Shown: in pieces, positions 18,593 through 28,210 of the stretch
Position numbering within the stretch: position 1 is the stretch's first letter
Layout of the letters: every line of letters begins with the position of its first letter
IMG/VR virus record: IMGVR_UViG_3300046320_000024
DNA from: an uncultured virus (IMG/VR IMGVR_UViG_3300046320_000024)
Lineage: Duplodnaviria > Heunggongvirae > Uroviricota > Caudoviricetes
Direction: 5' to 3' (one strand)
Length of the DNA: 64,000 nucleotides
The notes under the pieces: model-generated
Seen by the model: only the letters and a program-made list of their open reading frames with translations
The model's database searches: none
Told to the model about the DNA's origin: nothing
Position numbers and translations under genes: made by a program

Positions 18593-20845
18593 ATGGCATC
18601 TATTATTAGAATTAAACGTTCTGGTACATCTGGCAACCCAAGTACATTGGGAGCAGGTGAATTAGCGTATTCAGCCTTAACAGACAATGGTTCAAACGGC
18701 GGTGATCGTTTATACATTGGTATGGGTACAGAGACTGCTGGTAACGCAGTCAATCACGTGGTTATCGGCGGTAAGTTCTTTACCGACATGTTGGATCACA
18801 ACAAGGGAACTCTAACAGCGTCATCTGCTATTATCACTGACGTTGATAGCAAGATCGACAACCTATTAGTTGATAACTTACAACTTAACGGTAACACGCT
18901 AAGCACAACTAATACTAATGGTGATTTACTAATCACACCAAACGGTACTGGTAAGACAGTTGTTACTAACTTATACATCGGCGACAACAATACATCCCTA
19001 ACTGAGTTCATCTATGATGCAGTTGGTGGTACTATTACTGCTGGTACTGGTATCACTTCTAATGTAAGTGATGCTAGCAACACAACAACTCTTTCTATCA
19101 CTAATACTGGTGTTACTGCTGGTAGCTATGGTTCTGCTACTGCTATTCCAACATTCACAGTTAACGCTCAGGGTCAACTAACTGCGGCAGGTACTGCAGC
19201 ATTAGCGACTACTCTAAACATTGCTGGTGATACTGGTACAGATGGCGTAGCACTATTAAGCGACACTCTAACCTTTGCTGGTACAAACGGTCTAAGTGCA
19301 GCTGTTACAAATAATGCAGTAACAATCACATCTAACGCTACTAGCGCAAACACTGCGCTGGCCATCGTTAAGCGTGACGCTTCTGGTAACTTCTCTGCTG
19401 GTACAATTAATGCAGCATTAGCTGGTAACGCATCAACTGCGACTACATTACAAACTGCTCGTACAATCACATTGAGCGGCGACGTAGCTGGTTCTGTGTC
19501 ATTCAATGGTTCTTCAGACGTAACTATCACTGCAACTATCCAAGCAGACTCAGTTGCTCTTGGATCTGACACTACTGGTAACTATGTTGCTACTATTGCA
19601 GGTACTGCTAACCAAGTAAACGTATCTGGTTCTGGAACTGAAACTGCTGCAGTAACATTAAGCCTACCACAGAACATCCACTCTGGCGCAACTCCAGCAT
19701 TCGCTGGTATGTCTCTAAGTGGTAACCTAGCGATGGGTTCAAATACCATCACTGGTCTTGCAGATCCAGTTAATGCTCAAGATGCTGCCACAAAGGCTTA
19801 TGTTGACGCTGCTCGTGCTGGTTTGGATGTTAAACAATCTGTTCGTGCTGCCACTACTGGTAACATCACTCTAAGTAATACACAGACTGTTGATGGTGTT
19901 GCTCTTGTTGTTGGCGATCGTGTTCTAGTTAAAGACCAAACAACTGGTTCTCAAAACGGTATCTACGTTGTTTCTTCTGGTGCATGGTCACGTGCTTCTG
20001 ACGCTGATGCGCCGAACGAAGTATCTCCAGGTCTATTCTTATTCGTTGAAGAAGGTACACTAAACGGTGATAATGGTTTCGTTATCACTTCTGATGCTCC
20101 ACTTACAGTTGGTACTGACGCAATCATCTTCACTCAGTTCTCTGGTGCTGGTCAGATCGTTGCTGGTAACGCCTTAACAAAATCTGGTAATACTCTTGAT
20201 GTAGTTGTTGCAGGTTCTGGTGGTATCGAAATCGTTTCTGATGCGCTACAATTAAAATCTTCATTGGCTGGCGCTGGTTTAGTCTATGGTTCTGGTGTTC
20301 TAGATGTTGTTGGTACTGCTAACCGCATTACAGTTAACTCAGACTCTATTGATATTGCATCAACTTACGTTGGTCAATCTTCTATCACTACGCTTGGTAC
20401 TGTTACAACTGGTGTGTGGAATGCCACTATCGTATCTCCAACTTATGGTGGTACTGGTGTTAATAACGGTTCTAAGACTATCACTCTTGGTGGTAACCTT
20501 ACAACTGCAGGTGCATATTCCACTATATTGACAATGACTGGTGCCACAAGCATCATATTACCAACTACTGGTACACTGGCCACTTTAGCTGGAGCTGAGT
20601 CTTTAACAAACAAGACTATCGACGCTTCTAACATTGGTGCCACTACTCGTGGATCTGGTGCGTTCACAACTCTTGCAGCTAACGGAGCAGCTACACTAAC
20701 TTCTACATTGACAGTTAGCGGTGCAACAACTCTTAACTCCACTCTTGGTGTTTCTGGTAACGTAACAGTTGCTGCTAATATTACTGGTGCTGGTGCTGCA
20801 ACTTCTACTCTCGATGGATTCAACATCGACGGTGGTACATACTAA
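18593..20845 (+). CDS. Tail fibre protein
   Basis: IRIKRS...LGAGELAY N-terminus, DAATKAYVD, GDRVLVKDQT..QNGIY; Gly/Thr-rich; ends IDGGTY. Confidence 0.75.
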   Translation: MASIIRIKRSGTSGNPSTLGAGELAYSALTDNGSNGGDRLYIGMGTETAGNAVNHVVIGGKFFTDMLDHNKGTLTASSAIITDVDSKIDNLLVDNLQLNGNTLSTTNTNGDLLITPNGTGKTVVTNLYIGDNNTSLTEFIYDAVGGTITAGTGITSNVSDASNTTTLSITNTGVTAGSYGSATAIPTFTVNAQGQLTAAGTAALATTLNIAGDTGTDGVALLSDTLTFAGTNGLSAAVTNNAVTITSNATSANTALAIVKRDASGNFSAGTINAALAGNASTATTLQTARTITLSGDVAGSVSFNGSSDVTITATIQADSVALGSDTTGNYVATIAGTANQVNVSGSGTETAAVTLSLPQNIHSGATPAFAGMSLSGNLAMGSNTITGLADPVNAQDAATKAYVDAARAGLDVKQSVRAATTGNITLSNTQTVDGVALVVGDRVLVKDQTTGSQNGIYVVSSGAWSRASDADAPNEVSPGLFLFVEEGTLNGDNGFVITSDAPLTVGTDAIIFTQFSGAGQIVAGNALTKSGNTLDVVVAGSGGIEIVSDALQLKSSLAGAGLVYGSGVLDVVGTANRITVNSDSIDIASTYVGQSSITTLGTVTTGVWNATIVSPTYGGTGVNNGSKTITLGGNLTTAGAYSTILTMTGATSIILPTTGTLATLAGAESLTNKTIDASNIGATTRGSGAFTTLAANGAATLTSTLTVSGATTLNSTLGVSGNVTVAANITGAGAATSTLDGFNIDGGTY

Positions 20846-20863
20846 GACTAAATACAATTAGTC

Positions 20864-20897
20864 CGCTGGGGTTTTTACCCCAGCGTTTAACCTTTTT
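20864..20897 (+). terminator. Hairpin terminator-like element
   Basis: CGCTGGGGT-TTTT-ACCCCAGCG followed by tttaaccttttt; ACTAAATA late-promoter-like box at 20847. Confidence 0.6.
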
Positions 20898-20907
20898 AGG
20901 AAGATGA

Positions 20908-21522
20908 ATGAGTAATCAAATCATACTCAAGAAGTCCTCAGTCGCCGCAAAGGTGCCACTGACGACAGACTTGGCTTACGGTGAGTTAGCATTAAACTAT
21001 GCTGATGGTAAACTGTATTTCAAGAACTCTTCCAATACTATAGCATATCTCGGTTCATCTTCTGCAACCGAAACACTGTCAAATAAAACTCTGTCTTCTC
21101 CTGTTCTAGCAGGAACACTATCTGTTAATGGTAGTATTGGTAATTCTGGACAAGTTCTTATGTCTACTGGATCTGGTGTCCAGTGGTCTTCTCCAAATGC
21201 AGGTGCGTTGGCTACTCTTAGTGACGTTAACCTCGCTGTCCCTAAAACACAACAAGTTCTTACATACAACGGCACACAATGGGTCAACGCTGATTCTAAT
21301 GCTGTTGTTGCTTCTGCTGTTTTCGCATCTTCGCAATATGATATGGGGTTGGTCACAGATGGTGTGATCACTGTTAGCGAAGATGAGGGTTTAGTATCAG
21401 GAACTACAAATAACATCTATGACTTAGGTGTTCTAAGTTTCACAGGTATTATTTCGTTGAACAACATTGACCAGTCAGTCAAATCAGACTATCTCGGTTA
21501 CTCTATTATTTTCGGCTTCTAA
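20908..21522 (+). CDS. Short fibre-like virion protein
   Basis: ILKKSS...LAYGELALNYADGKLYFK N-terminus; GQVLMSTGSGVQW and LSDV...QVLTYNGTQWVN repeats. Confidence 0.65.
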   Translation: MSNQIILKKSSVAAKVPLTTDLAYGELALNYADGKLYFKNSSNTIAYLGSSSATETLSNKTLSSPVLAGTLSVNGSIGNSGQVLMSTGSGVQWSSPNAGALATLSDVNLAVPKTQQVLTYNGTQWVNADSNAVVASAVFASSQYDMGLVTDGVITVSEDEGLVSGTTNNIYDLGVLSFTGIISLNNIDQSVKSDYLGYSIIFGF

Positions 21523-21531
21523 GGATATACA

Positions 21532-24414
21532 ATGGCACGTCAGTTAATTGAAAAATACATCTTCTCTCCAAATGCAGCAGGTATTGGTAGTTTAAAATTC
21601 CCTGGAAAAGTTGATCTGACTCAACTACTAATTATTGCGAACAAGACACAGCAAACAAACATCTATGCGATTGGTGATCCTACTAAGAATGGTACCATCA
21701 CATACAATCCAGATGACACTACGTTCACTGGAGATTCTTCCCAGTATTCTGAGCAAGTGGGTGCAAGTACAGTAACATTCGCTGCTGACACAGCTTCTAT
21801 GTTGGCTTCTGATAAGATTGCTATCTACACAGATGCTCCAAAACAAATCGGTAACATCGTTCGTCCATATGCCTTTGGTGTTGATGCTATCGAACGTCAA
21901 CGTGTTGCCCAACCAATGGCCATGATTGACGCCGACTTTGAATATGGTCTGCAGCCAACTAAGTGGCAGAACTATTCAGACATTCGTGGCATTCCAGGTA
22001 TTTACGAAAAGCCAGGTCTTGACTTGTTCATGACTAACATTACATCAGACGGTGGAAACCCGTCTGTTATGACTGTCACTTGTTCACAAGCTCATGGTCT
22101 TTCTTTGGCTCAACCCGTTATTATATTCGGTGCAGCTGGTGTTTCAAACGCTGCACGTGCTGAAGGTGCATTCGTAGTATCTTCAGTTCCTGACGCTAAT
22201 ACATTTACATTCTTCGCTAAAGGTATCGTTGGTGTAAATGGAACATCTGTTTACAACCAATCAACATATGCTCGTCGTGGTGGTTTCTATGCAGGTGCTG
22301 ATCTGCCGATTACTGGATATGTTTCTGACGCTAACTCTCCATCTAAAATTACAGTAACATGTTCTGCTAATCATGGTTTAGTTGCAGGCGCACCTATCGT
22401 TAACATCATTACTTCTAGTGGAACAAACCACGCTTTAATGGGTGGTAACTTCTTCGTTGAAACAGTACCTTCTGGCACTACATTCACATTCACTGCTCGA
22501 GTTGGTGGTGCGGTTACAAACTCTGGTATCACCGCTAAGACATATACTCGTTCAGATGCTTATGTACAACATCGCCCATTTGACGGCGGTGTTAACATTG
22601 GTACATTCTTGCCATCACATGGTGCTTCTGTTTCTCGTCAAACTAAGAAATATATGCGTTACCAATCTGGTAAAGGTATGTTGTGGACTTCTGGTGTTTT
22701 GTTTAACCCAGTTATGAACTTGGACCAAATTTCTGCCGCTTCGACTGGTGTTGGTTCTATCATTACAGTTTCTACTGAAATTGACCACGGTCTTCAAGCT
22801 GGTGCAACTATTCAGATCGCTGGTGTTGTAACAGCAGGATACAATGGAACCTACGGCGTGTCTTCTATTGTCAACGAATCTACATTTACCGTTAACGCCA
22901 CAACTACACTTGGATCAACCGCTGCTGTTATCACAAACCTACCACGTGTAACTGTTAAAAATTGGGTTGGTGCTTCTACTCGTTGTGGTCCATTCGATGA
23001 CCAAAACGGCATTTTCTGGGAGTACGATGGACAAGAATTAGCAGTGGTTAAACGTTCAGCAACTTATCAGTTGTCTGGTTTCGTTTCTGTTGCATCAGGT
23101 TCACAAAACGTTACTGGAAACGGTTGTCGTTTCACACAACAACTTAAAGTTGGAGATTCTATCGTTATTCGTGGTATGACATATCGTGTTGGTTCTGTCA
23201 CTGATGATAACACTATGTCTATCAACCCAGAATATCGTGGTGTTAATAATTCGGCAGGTATTAAAATTGCACAGGTTATAGACCAACGTATTCCACAATC
23301 TCAATTCAACATCGATAAGATTGACGGTACAGGTATCTCAGGTTACAACATTAACCTGAACAAGATGCAGATGCTTGGTATCTCGTTCTCTTGGTACGGT
23401 GCTGGTTTCATTGACTTTATGTGTCGTGGTGGTGATGGTAACATGATCCAAGTCCACCGCATGAAACAAAATAACATTAACGATGAAGCGTACATGCGCA
23501 CAGGTAACACTGCTGTTCGTTATCAGGCTATCAATGAATCTGCAAGAGATCGTTTAGCTGCAACTATGACTAATACTCAGACAACGATGAATCTAGTTGA
23601 TGCTTCTCGTTTCCCATCTACTGGTGGTGTAATCTTAGTTGATAGTGAATACATCTCTTATACAGGCAGAAATGGTAACCAGCTAACTGGTTTAACTCGT
23701 GGTGCGTCGTTCACCATGTTTGTTGGTGGTTCTACTAAAATATTCTCTGGTGGTGGCGCTGCTGTGCATGCTGTTGGTAATGGATTTAACTCAGTAACTT
23801 TAATTAGCTGCACTTGTTCTCCGATTATTAACCACTGGGGTTCTTCTTACATCATGGACGGTAACTTTGACTCAGATCGTGGTTATTACTTTAACTATGC
23901 TGCAACTAACATTTCTTTGGCTGCTGGACAGTCTAAGACTGCATTCTTCTTACGTTTAGCTCCTTCAGTATCAAACTCGATTGCTGGCAACTTCGGAGAT
24001 CGTGACTTGATCAACCGATCTCAGTTACTACTACAAAACTTACAGATTCAATCAGACGTTCCAGTTCAGGTTTATGGTATTCTAAACCCTGGAAATATTG
24101 ACGCATCTACATTAACTTGGACTGCGGTTAACACTGTTGGTCTTGGATCACAACCATCATTCGCTCAAGTTTCTACAAGCGTTTCTATTACAGCAACCCC
24201 AGGTGAACAAAACTTCTCCACGCTTGGACAACCAGCAGGTTTCGCTGAGATTGACTTGAAGAACTTGAAAGAATTAACCAACTCCGCTATTGGTGGTTAT
24301 TCAAACTATCCAGACGGTCCAGACGTTTTAGCAGTCGTCGTTAAAAATATCGCTGCAACTGGCAGCACATCGAACACTAACATTAACTTATTCTGGTCTG
24401 AAGCCCAAGCCTAA
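21532..24414 (+). CDS. Virion structural protein, 960 aa
   Basis: IDADFEYGLQPTKW, RQTKKYMRYQSGKG, SWYGAG, HWGSSYIMDG motifs; in tail region. Confidence 0.7.
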   Translation: MARQLIEKYIFSPNAAGIGSLKFPGKVDLTQLLIIANKTQQTNIYAIGDPTKNGTITYNPDDTTFTGDSSQYSEQVGASTVTFAADTASMLASDKIAIYTDAPKQIGNIVRPYAFGVDAIERQRVAQPMAMIDADFEYGLQPTKWQNYSDIRGIPGIYEKPGLDLFMTNITSDGGNPSVMTVTCSQAHGLSLAQPVIIFGAAGVSNAARAEGAFVVSSVPDANTFTFFAKGIVGVNGTSVYNQSTYARRGGFYAGADLPITGYVSDANSPSKITVTCSANHGLVAGAPIVNIITSSGTNHALMGGNFFVETVPSGTTFTFTARVGGAVTNSGITAKTYTRSDAYVQHRPFDGGVNIGTFLPSHGASVSRQTKKYMRYQSGKGMLWTSGVLFNPVMNLDQISAASTGVGSIITVSTEIDHGLQAGATIQIAGVVTAGYNGTYGVSSIVNESTFTVNATTTLGSTAAVITNLPRVTVKNWVGASTRCGPFDDQNGIFWEYDGQELAVVKRSATYQLSGFVSVASGSQNVTGNGCRFTQQLKVGDSIVIRGMTYRVGSVTDDNTMSINPEYRGVNNSAGIKIAQVIDQRIPQSQFNIDKIDGTGISGYNINLNKMQMLGISFSWYGAGFIDFMCRGGDGNMIQVHRMKQNNINDEAYMRTGNTAVRYQAINESARDRLAATMTNTQTTMNLVDASRFPSTGGVILVDSEYISYTGRNGNQLTGLTRGASFTMFVGGSTKIFSGGGAAVHAVGNGFNSVTLISCTCSPIINHWGSSYIMDGNFDSDRGYYFNYAATNISLAAGQSKTAFFLRLAPSVSNSIAGNFGDRDLINRSQLLLQNLQIQSDVPVQVYGILNPGNIDASTLTWTAVNTVGLGSQPSFAQVSTSVSITATPGEQNFSTLGQPAGFAEIDLKNLKELTNSAIGGYSNYPDGPDVLAVVVKNIAATGSTSNTNINLFWSEAQA

Positions 24415-24437
24415 ATATATCGAATTAGAGGAAAACT

Positions 24438-25607
24438 ATGTCAACACAAGTACAATTTAGACGAGGTACAACAACACAGAACAATGCGTTTACAGGCGCT
24501 ATTGGTGAAATTTCTGTTGACACCGATCTTAAAACAATTCGTCTACATGATGGTACTACCGCTGGTGGTGGTGCCATCATGCTTAATAACGTTTCTGCAC
24601 AGACTGCTCTAAACAAAACATTCAGTACTGGTTCTGCTTGGCAAGGTAACGCTGTAGCATTAGCTTACGGTGGTACAGGATCTTCACTATCTGCAGTGGC
24701 AGGTGCTGTTGCTTATTCTACTTCTGGTGGATTATCTCTTTCTTCTGCTGGTACATCTGGTCAGTTGTTAGTATCTGGTGGTACTGGTGCTCCGACTTGG
24801 GTTTCTGCTTCTACAATTTCTGCTGGTACATCTAATCTGGCTGCAACAGCAACAAACATTGCTGGTGGTTCTGCTGGACAGTTGATTATTCAGGCTGATA
24901 CTGGTTTATCTACATTCATTACAGCTGGTGCTTCTGGAACATTCTTGAAATCTGCTGGTGCAGGTTATGCTCCTACATGGGCAACTGCCGACGTTACAAT
25001 TGGCACTACAGTTATTTCTCTGGGTAGTGCTTCTACTAATCTTGCTGGATTAACATCAGTAACAACTGTAGACCTTACTGTTAATGGTAACTTGACTGTC
25101 AACGGTACTACTACAAACATCAATACAGTCAACTTAGTCGTTGAAGACAAGAACGTTATTATTGGTGATGTGGCTAGCCCAACCGATACTACTGCTGAAG
25201 GTGGCGGTATTACCCTAAAGGGTGCTACTGATAAGACTATCGTTTGGGGGGCTGCGACTGGATGGCAAACTGACGATCATATAATGACAACAAGAGGGTT
25301 GACTGTTTCTACTTCTGGTACATCGCCAACTGCAATATTAGCTATACCATCTGCTACTTACCGTTCTGGCAAAGTGATTTTTTCTGTCACAAATGGTAGT
25401 GCATACAGGATTATGGAAATGTTGTTTATGCATAATGGTACTACAGTAACATTTAATGAAAACTATACAGTAGCAACTGAAATGCAAAGCGCAAACAGTA
25501 ACACTACTTTCTCTGGTTCTATTTCTTCTGGAACTTTAACTATTTTCGCAACGTGTTCTTCTGGAACTGCTGCGATTAAAGGTCAAGCGACTCTATTCAA
25601 GGTATAA
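24438..25607 (+). CDS. Fibre protein with Mtd-like N-terminal domain
   Basis: QVQFRRGTT...FTGAIGEISVDTD..TIRLHDGTTAGG; CCTAAATA at 24410 and GAGGA RBS. Confidence 0.7.
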   Translation: MSTQVQFRRGTTTQNNAFTGAIGEISVDTDLKTIRLHDGTTAGGGAIMLNNVSAQTALNKTFSTGSAWQGNAVALAYGGTGSSLSAVAGAVAYSTSGGLSLSSAGTSGQLLVSGGTGAPTWVSASTISAGTSNLAATATNIAGGSAGQLIIQADTGLSTFITAGASGTFLKSAGAGYAPTWATADVTIGTTVISLGSASTNLAGLTSVTTVDLTVNGNLTVNGTTTNINTVNLVVEDKNVIIGDVASPTDTTAEGGGITLKGATDKTIVWGAATGWQTDDHIMTTRGLTVSTSGTSPTAILAIPSATYRSGKVIFSVTNGSAYRIMEMLFMHNGTTVTFNENYTVATEMQSANSNTTFSGSISSGTLTIFATCSSGTAAIKGQATLFKV

Positions 25608-25609
25608 AA

Positions 25610-26566
25610 ATGGCTATCCCAACATCTAGAGAAGGTCTAAAACAATACTGTCTAAGAGCACTTGGTGCTCCAGTATTAGAGATTAACGTTGACGATGATC
25701 AACTAGAAGACCGCATTGACGAATGCTTAGACTACTGGCGTCTATACCACTATGATGGTATTGAAGAGATTTATCTAAAGCAACAAATTCGTGCATCTGA
25801 GATCGTTCTATCTTCCAATAACGCTCAAGATTTTGTATTAGAAGAACACATTACAGGAGCGACTTCTGGAGCTAAAGCTACAGTAACTCGTGAATCTCAG
25901 CGTATGTCTGCTGGCAATTTATTGCTTGTTAAGAATATTGTTGGAACATTCATCAATGGTGAAGCTATTCAAGGCACTACTGTAACAGCTACTACTGTTT
26001 CTATTACTCCACGTGAGTATGATAACCGTTACATCAATATTCCAGACTATGTTTATGGTATCACAGATGTTCTGTCTATTGGTCAAGCATCTTCTTCTAA
26101 GAACATCTTCGACTTACAATATCAATTACGTTTAAATGACTTGTATGATTTAACATCTACATCTATCATTTACTATACTACTGTTATGCAGCATCTAGAC
26201 TTACTAGACTGGACTCTTAACGGTAAAAATAATTTCCGTTTTAATAGATTGCAAGATCGTATGTATCTTGATATCAACTGGCAGTCTGATGTTGCGTTCG
26301 GTGACTACGTTATTATCAAATGCTATCGTGCAATGGATCCAACTCAGTGGTCTAAAATTTGGAACGAGCAATGGCTAAAGCGTTATGTAACTGCGCAGTT
26401 CAAGAAACAGTGGGCAATCAATATTAAGAAATTTACTGGCATTCAACTTCCAGGTGGTGTTACGCTAGATGGTGATAAGTTATACCTAGAAGCCACTCAA
26501 GAGATTGCTGTCTTAGAAGATGACTTGCAAAACAAGTCTGCGCCACTTAACTTTATGATGGGCTAA
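25610..26566 (+). CDS. gp13: Neck protein gp13
   Basis: LKQYCLRALGAPVLEINVDDDQ, WLKRYVTA, QLPGGVTLDG. Confidence 0.92.
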   Translation: MAIPTSREGLKQYCLRALGAPVLEINVDDDQLEDRIDECLDYWRLYHYDGIEEIYLKQQIRASEIVLSSNNAQDFVLEEHITGATSGAKATVTRESQRMSAGNLLLVKNIVGTFINGEAIQGTTVTATTVSITPREYDNRYINIPDYVYGITDVLSIGQASSSKNIFDLQYQLRLNDLYDLTSTSIIYYTTVMQHLDLLDWTLNGKNNFRFNRLQDRMYLDINWQSDVAFGDYVIIKCYRAMDPTQWSKIWNEQWLKRYVTAQFKKQWAINIKKFTGIQLPGGVTLDGDKLYLEATQEIAVLEDDLQNKSAPLNFMMG

Positions 26567-26567
26567 G

Positions 26568-27467
26568 ATGTCAACAACTAATGTTTATTTCACACACGGT
26601 ACTCGTAATGAGCAGTATCTTGTAGAAGATCTAATCATCGAATCATTGCGCATGTATGGCAATGAGGTTATGTACATTCCAAGAACATTAGTTTCAAAAG
26701 ATAACATCCTTGGAGAAGACCGTCTAAGTGAATTTAAGTCAGCGTTTCCAATTGAGATGTACTTTGAGAATGTAGATTCTTTCGGTGGACAGGGAGCATT
26801 TATCCAGAAGTTTGGTTTAATGGTCGAACAATCTGCAACGTTAGTAGTTGCTCGTCGTCGTTGGGAACAATTCGTTGGACGTTATGGTGTGACTCAGTTA
26901 CCCAATCGTCCAAATGAGGGTGATCTAATTTATTTCCCACTATCAAAGGGATTATTTGAGATCAAGTTTGTCCAACACCAAGATCCTTTCTATCAGTTAG
27001 GTAAATTATATGTTTACAAACTGCAAGTTGAGTTATTCCAGTATGCTTCTGAAACTATCGACACAGGAATCTCTGCCATTGATACGTTTGAGACATTGAA
27101 GACATTTAATACAAATACCACACGAAATCCAAACGGTGGCATCAGTAAAGTTACAATGACTAATAATGGATCTGGATACACACACGCTACAGTATCAATT
27201 GTTAGTTCTGCTGGGTTCGGTGCCGTGTTAACACCAGTTATTGAAGCAGGTAGAATAACTTCTATCGCTATAGAAAATAGTGGTACTGCATATCAAACAG
27301 CACCTATACTAAGTATCATAGGTGATGGTATTGGTGCAAATGCTACATGTGAGATCGAAATCAATATTGATAAATCAGATTCATATGGCGACAACAATAA
27401 GTTCAAAGAAGAAGCATCTTCTATCATCAACTTCGATGAAGCTAACCCATTCGGTGAGATTAAATAA
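26568..27467 (+). CDS. gp14: Neck protein gp14
   Basis: EQYLVEDLIIES, RPNEGDLIYFP, PFYQLGK, FDEANPFG. Confidence 0.92.
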   Translation: MSTTNVYFTHGTRNEQYLVEDLIIESLRMYGNEVMYIPRTLVSKDNILGEDRLSEFKSAFPIEMYFENVDSFGGQGAFIQKFGLMVEQSATLVVARRRWEQFVGRYGVTQLPNRPNEGDLIYFPLSKGLFEIKFVQHQDPFYQLGKLYVYKLQVELFQYASETIDTGISAIDTFETLKTFNTNTTRNPNGGISKVTMTNNGSGYTHATVSIVSSAGFGAVLTPVIEAGRITSIAIENSGTAYQTAPILSIIGDGIGANATCEIEINIDKSDSYGDNNKFKEEASSIINFDEANPFGEIK

Positions 27468-28210
27468 TGCTTAACGGAAATATCTTCTATCACGGCATCA
27501 TCCGCAAAAGCATTGTAGCATTCGGGCGACTATTCAGTGACATCTATATCGATCGTAAAGTTGGCGACTCAGTTAATGGTACTACAGCCCAGCGATTACA
27601 AATTCCTCTAGCTTACGCACCAAAAGAAAAGTGGATCGTACGTTTAGACTCTGATCCGAATCTAGAAAACAATACCTATACTACTCTCCCCAGAATGTCT
27701 TTTGAGATTACTGGTTATAATTACGATTCTTCACGTAAAGTTAATCGTATGCAGCAAGTTAGATCTGGCACTGGTACAAATCAACAAGCTGTCTACACTC
27801 CAGTTCCATACACGTTAGATATGTCATTGTACATTTTAACAAAAACGCAAGAAGATGGTCTTCAAATTCTTGAGCAAATTCTTCCAACGTTTACTCCAGA
27901 GTATACCCTAACGATAAATGCTATTCCAGATATGGGTATCCAATCTGATACTCCAATCATTCTAAATAGCGTACAGGTAGAAGATAATTATGATGGTTCT
28001 TTTCAAGACCGTCGTTTTGTGACACATACGTTAAACTTCCAGATGAAGTTAAATCTATATGGCGCAGTCACTGACAAAAATGTTATTACTCAAGTTAATG
28101 CTAATCTCGGTAACAATGAAAATTTTAGTAATCCTAATCAGTCATTTGTGGCTGAAGGCGACACTACTACATCAACAGTATCCAGTGAAGACTGGCTGAA
28201 CAACTTTTAA
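27467..28210 (+). CDS. gp15: Tail sheath stabilizer/terminator gp15
   Basis: FYHGIIRKSIVAFGRLF, IPLAYAPKEK, LPRMSFE, QILEQILPTF. Confidence 0.92.
   Translation: MLNGNIFYHGIIRKSIVAFGRLFSDIYIDRKVGDSVNGTTAQRLQIPLAYAPKEKWIVRLDSDPNLENNTYTTLPRMSFEITGYNYDSSRKVNRMQQVRSGTGTNQQAVYTPVPYTLDMSLYILTKTQEDGLQILEQILPTFTPEYTLTINAIPDMGIQSDTPIILNSVQVEDNYDGSFQDRRFVTHTLNFQMKLNLYGAVTDKNVITQVNANLGNNENFSNPNQSFVAEGDTTTSTVSSEDWLNNF

Noticed and set aside
24438..25607. Diversity-generating retroelement suggested by the Mtd-like N-terminus
   Set aside because: No reverse transcriptase and no TR/VR repeat pair seen in the window; this anchor domain is common in ordinary fibres
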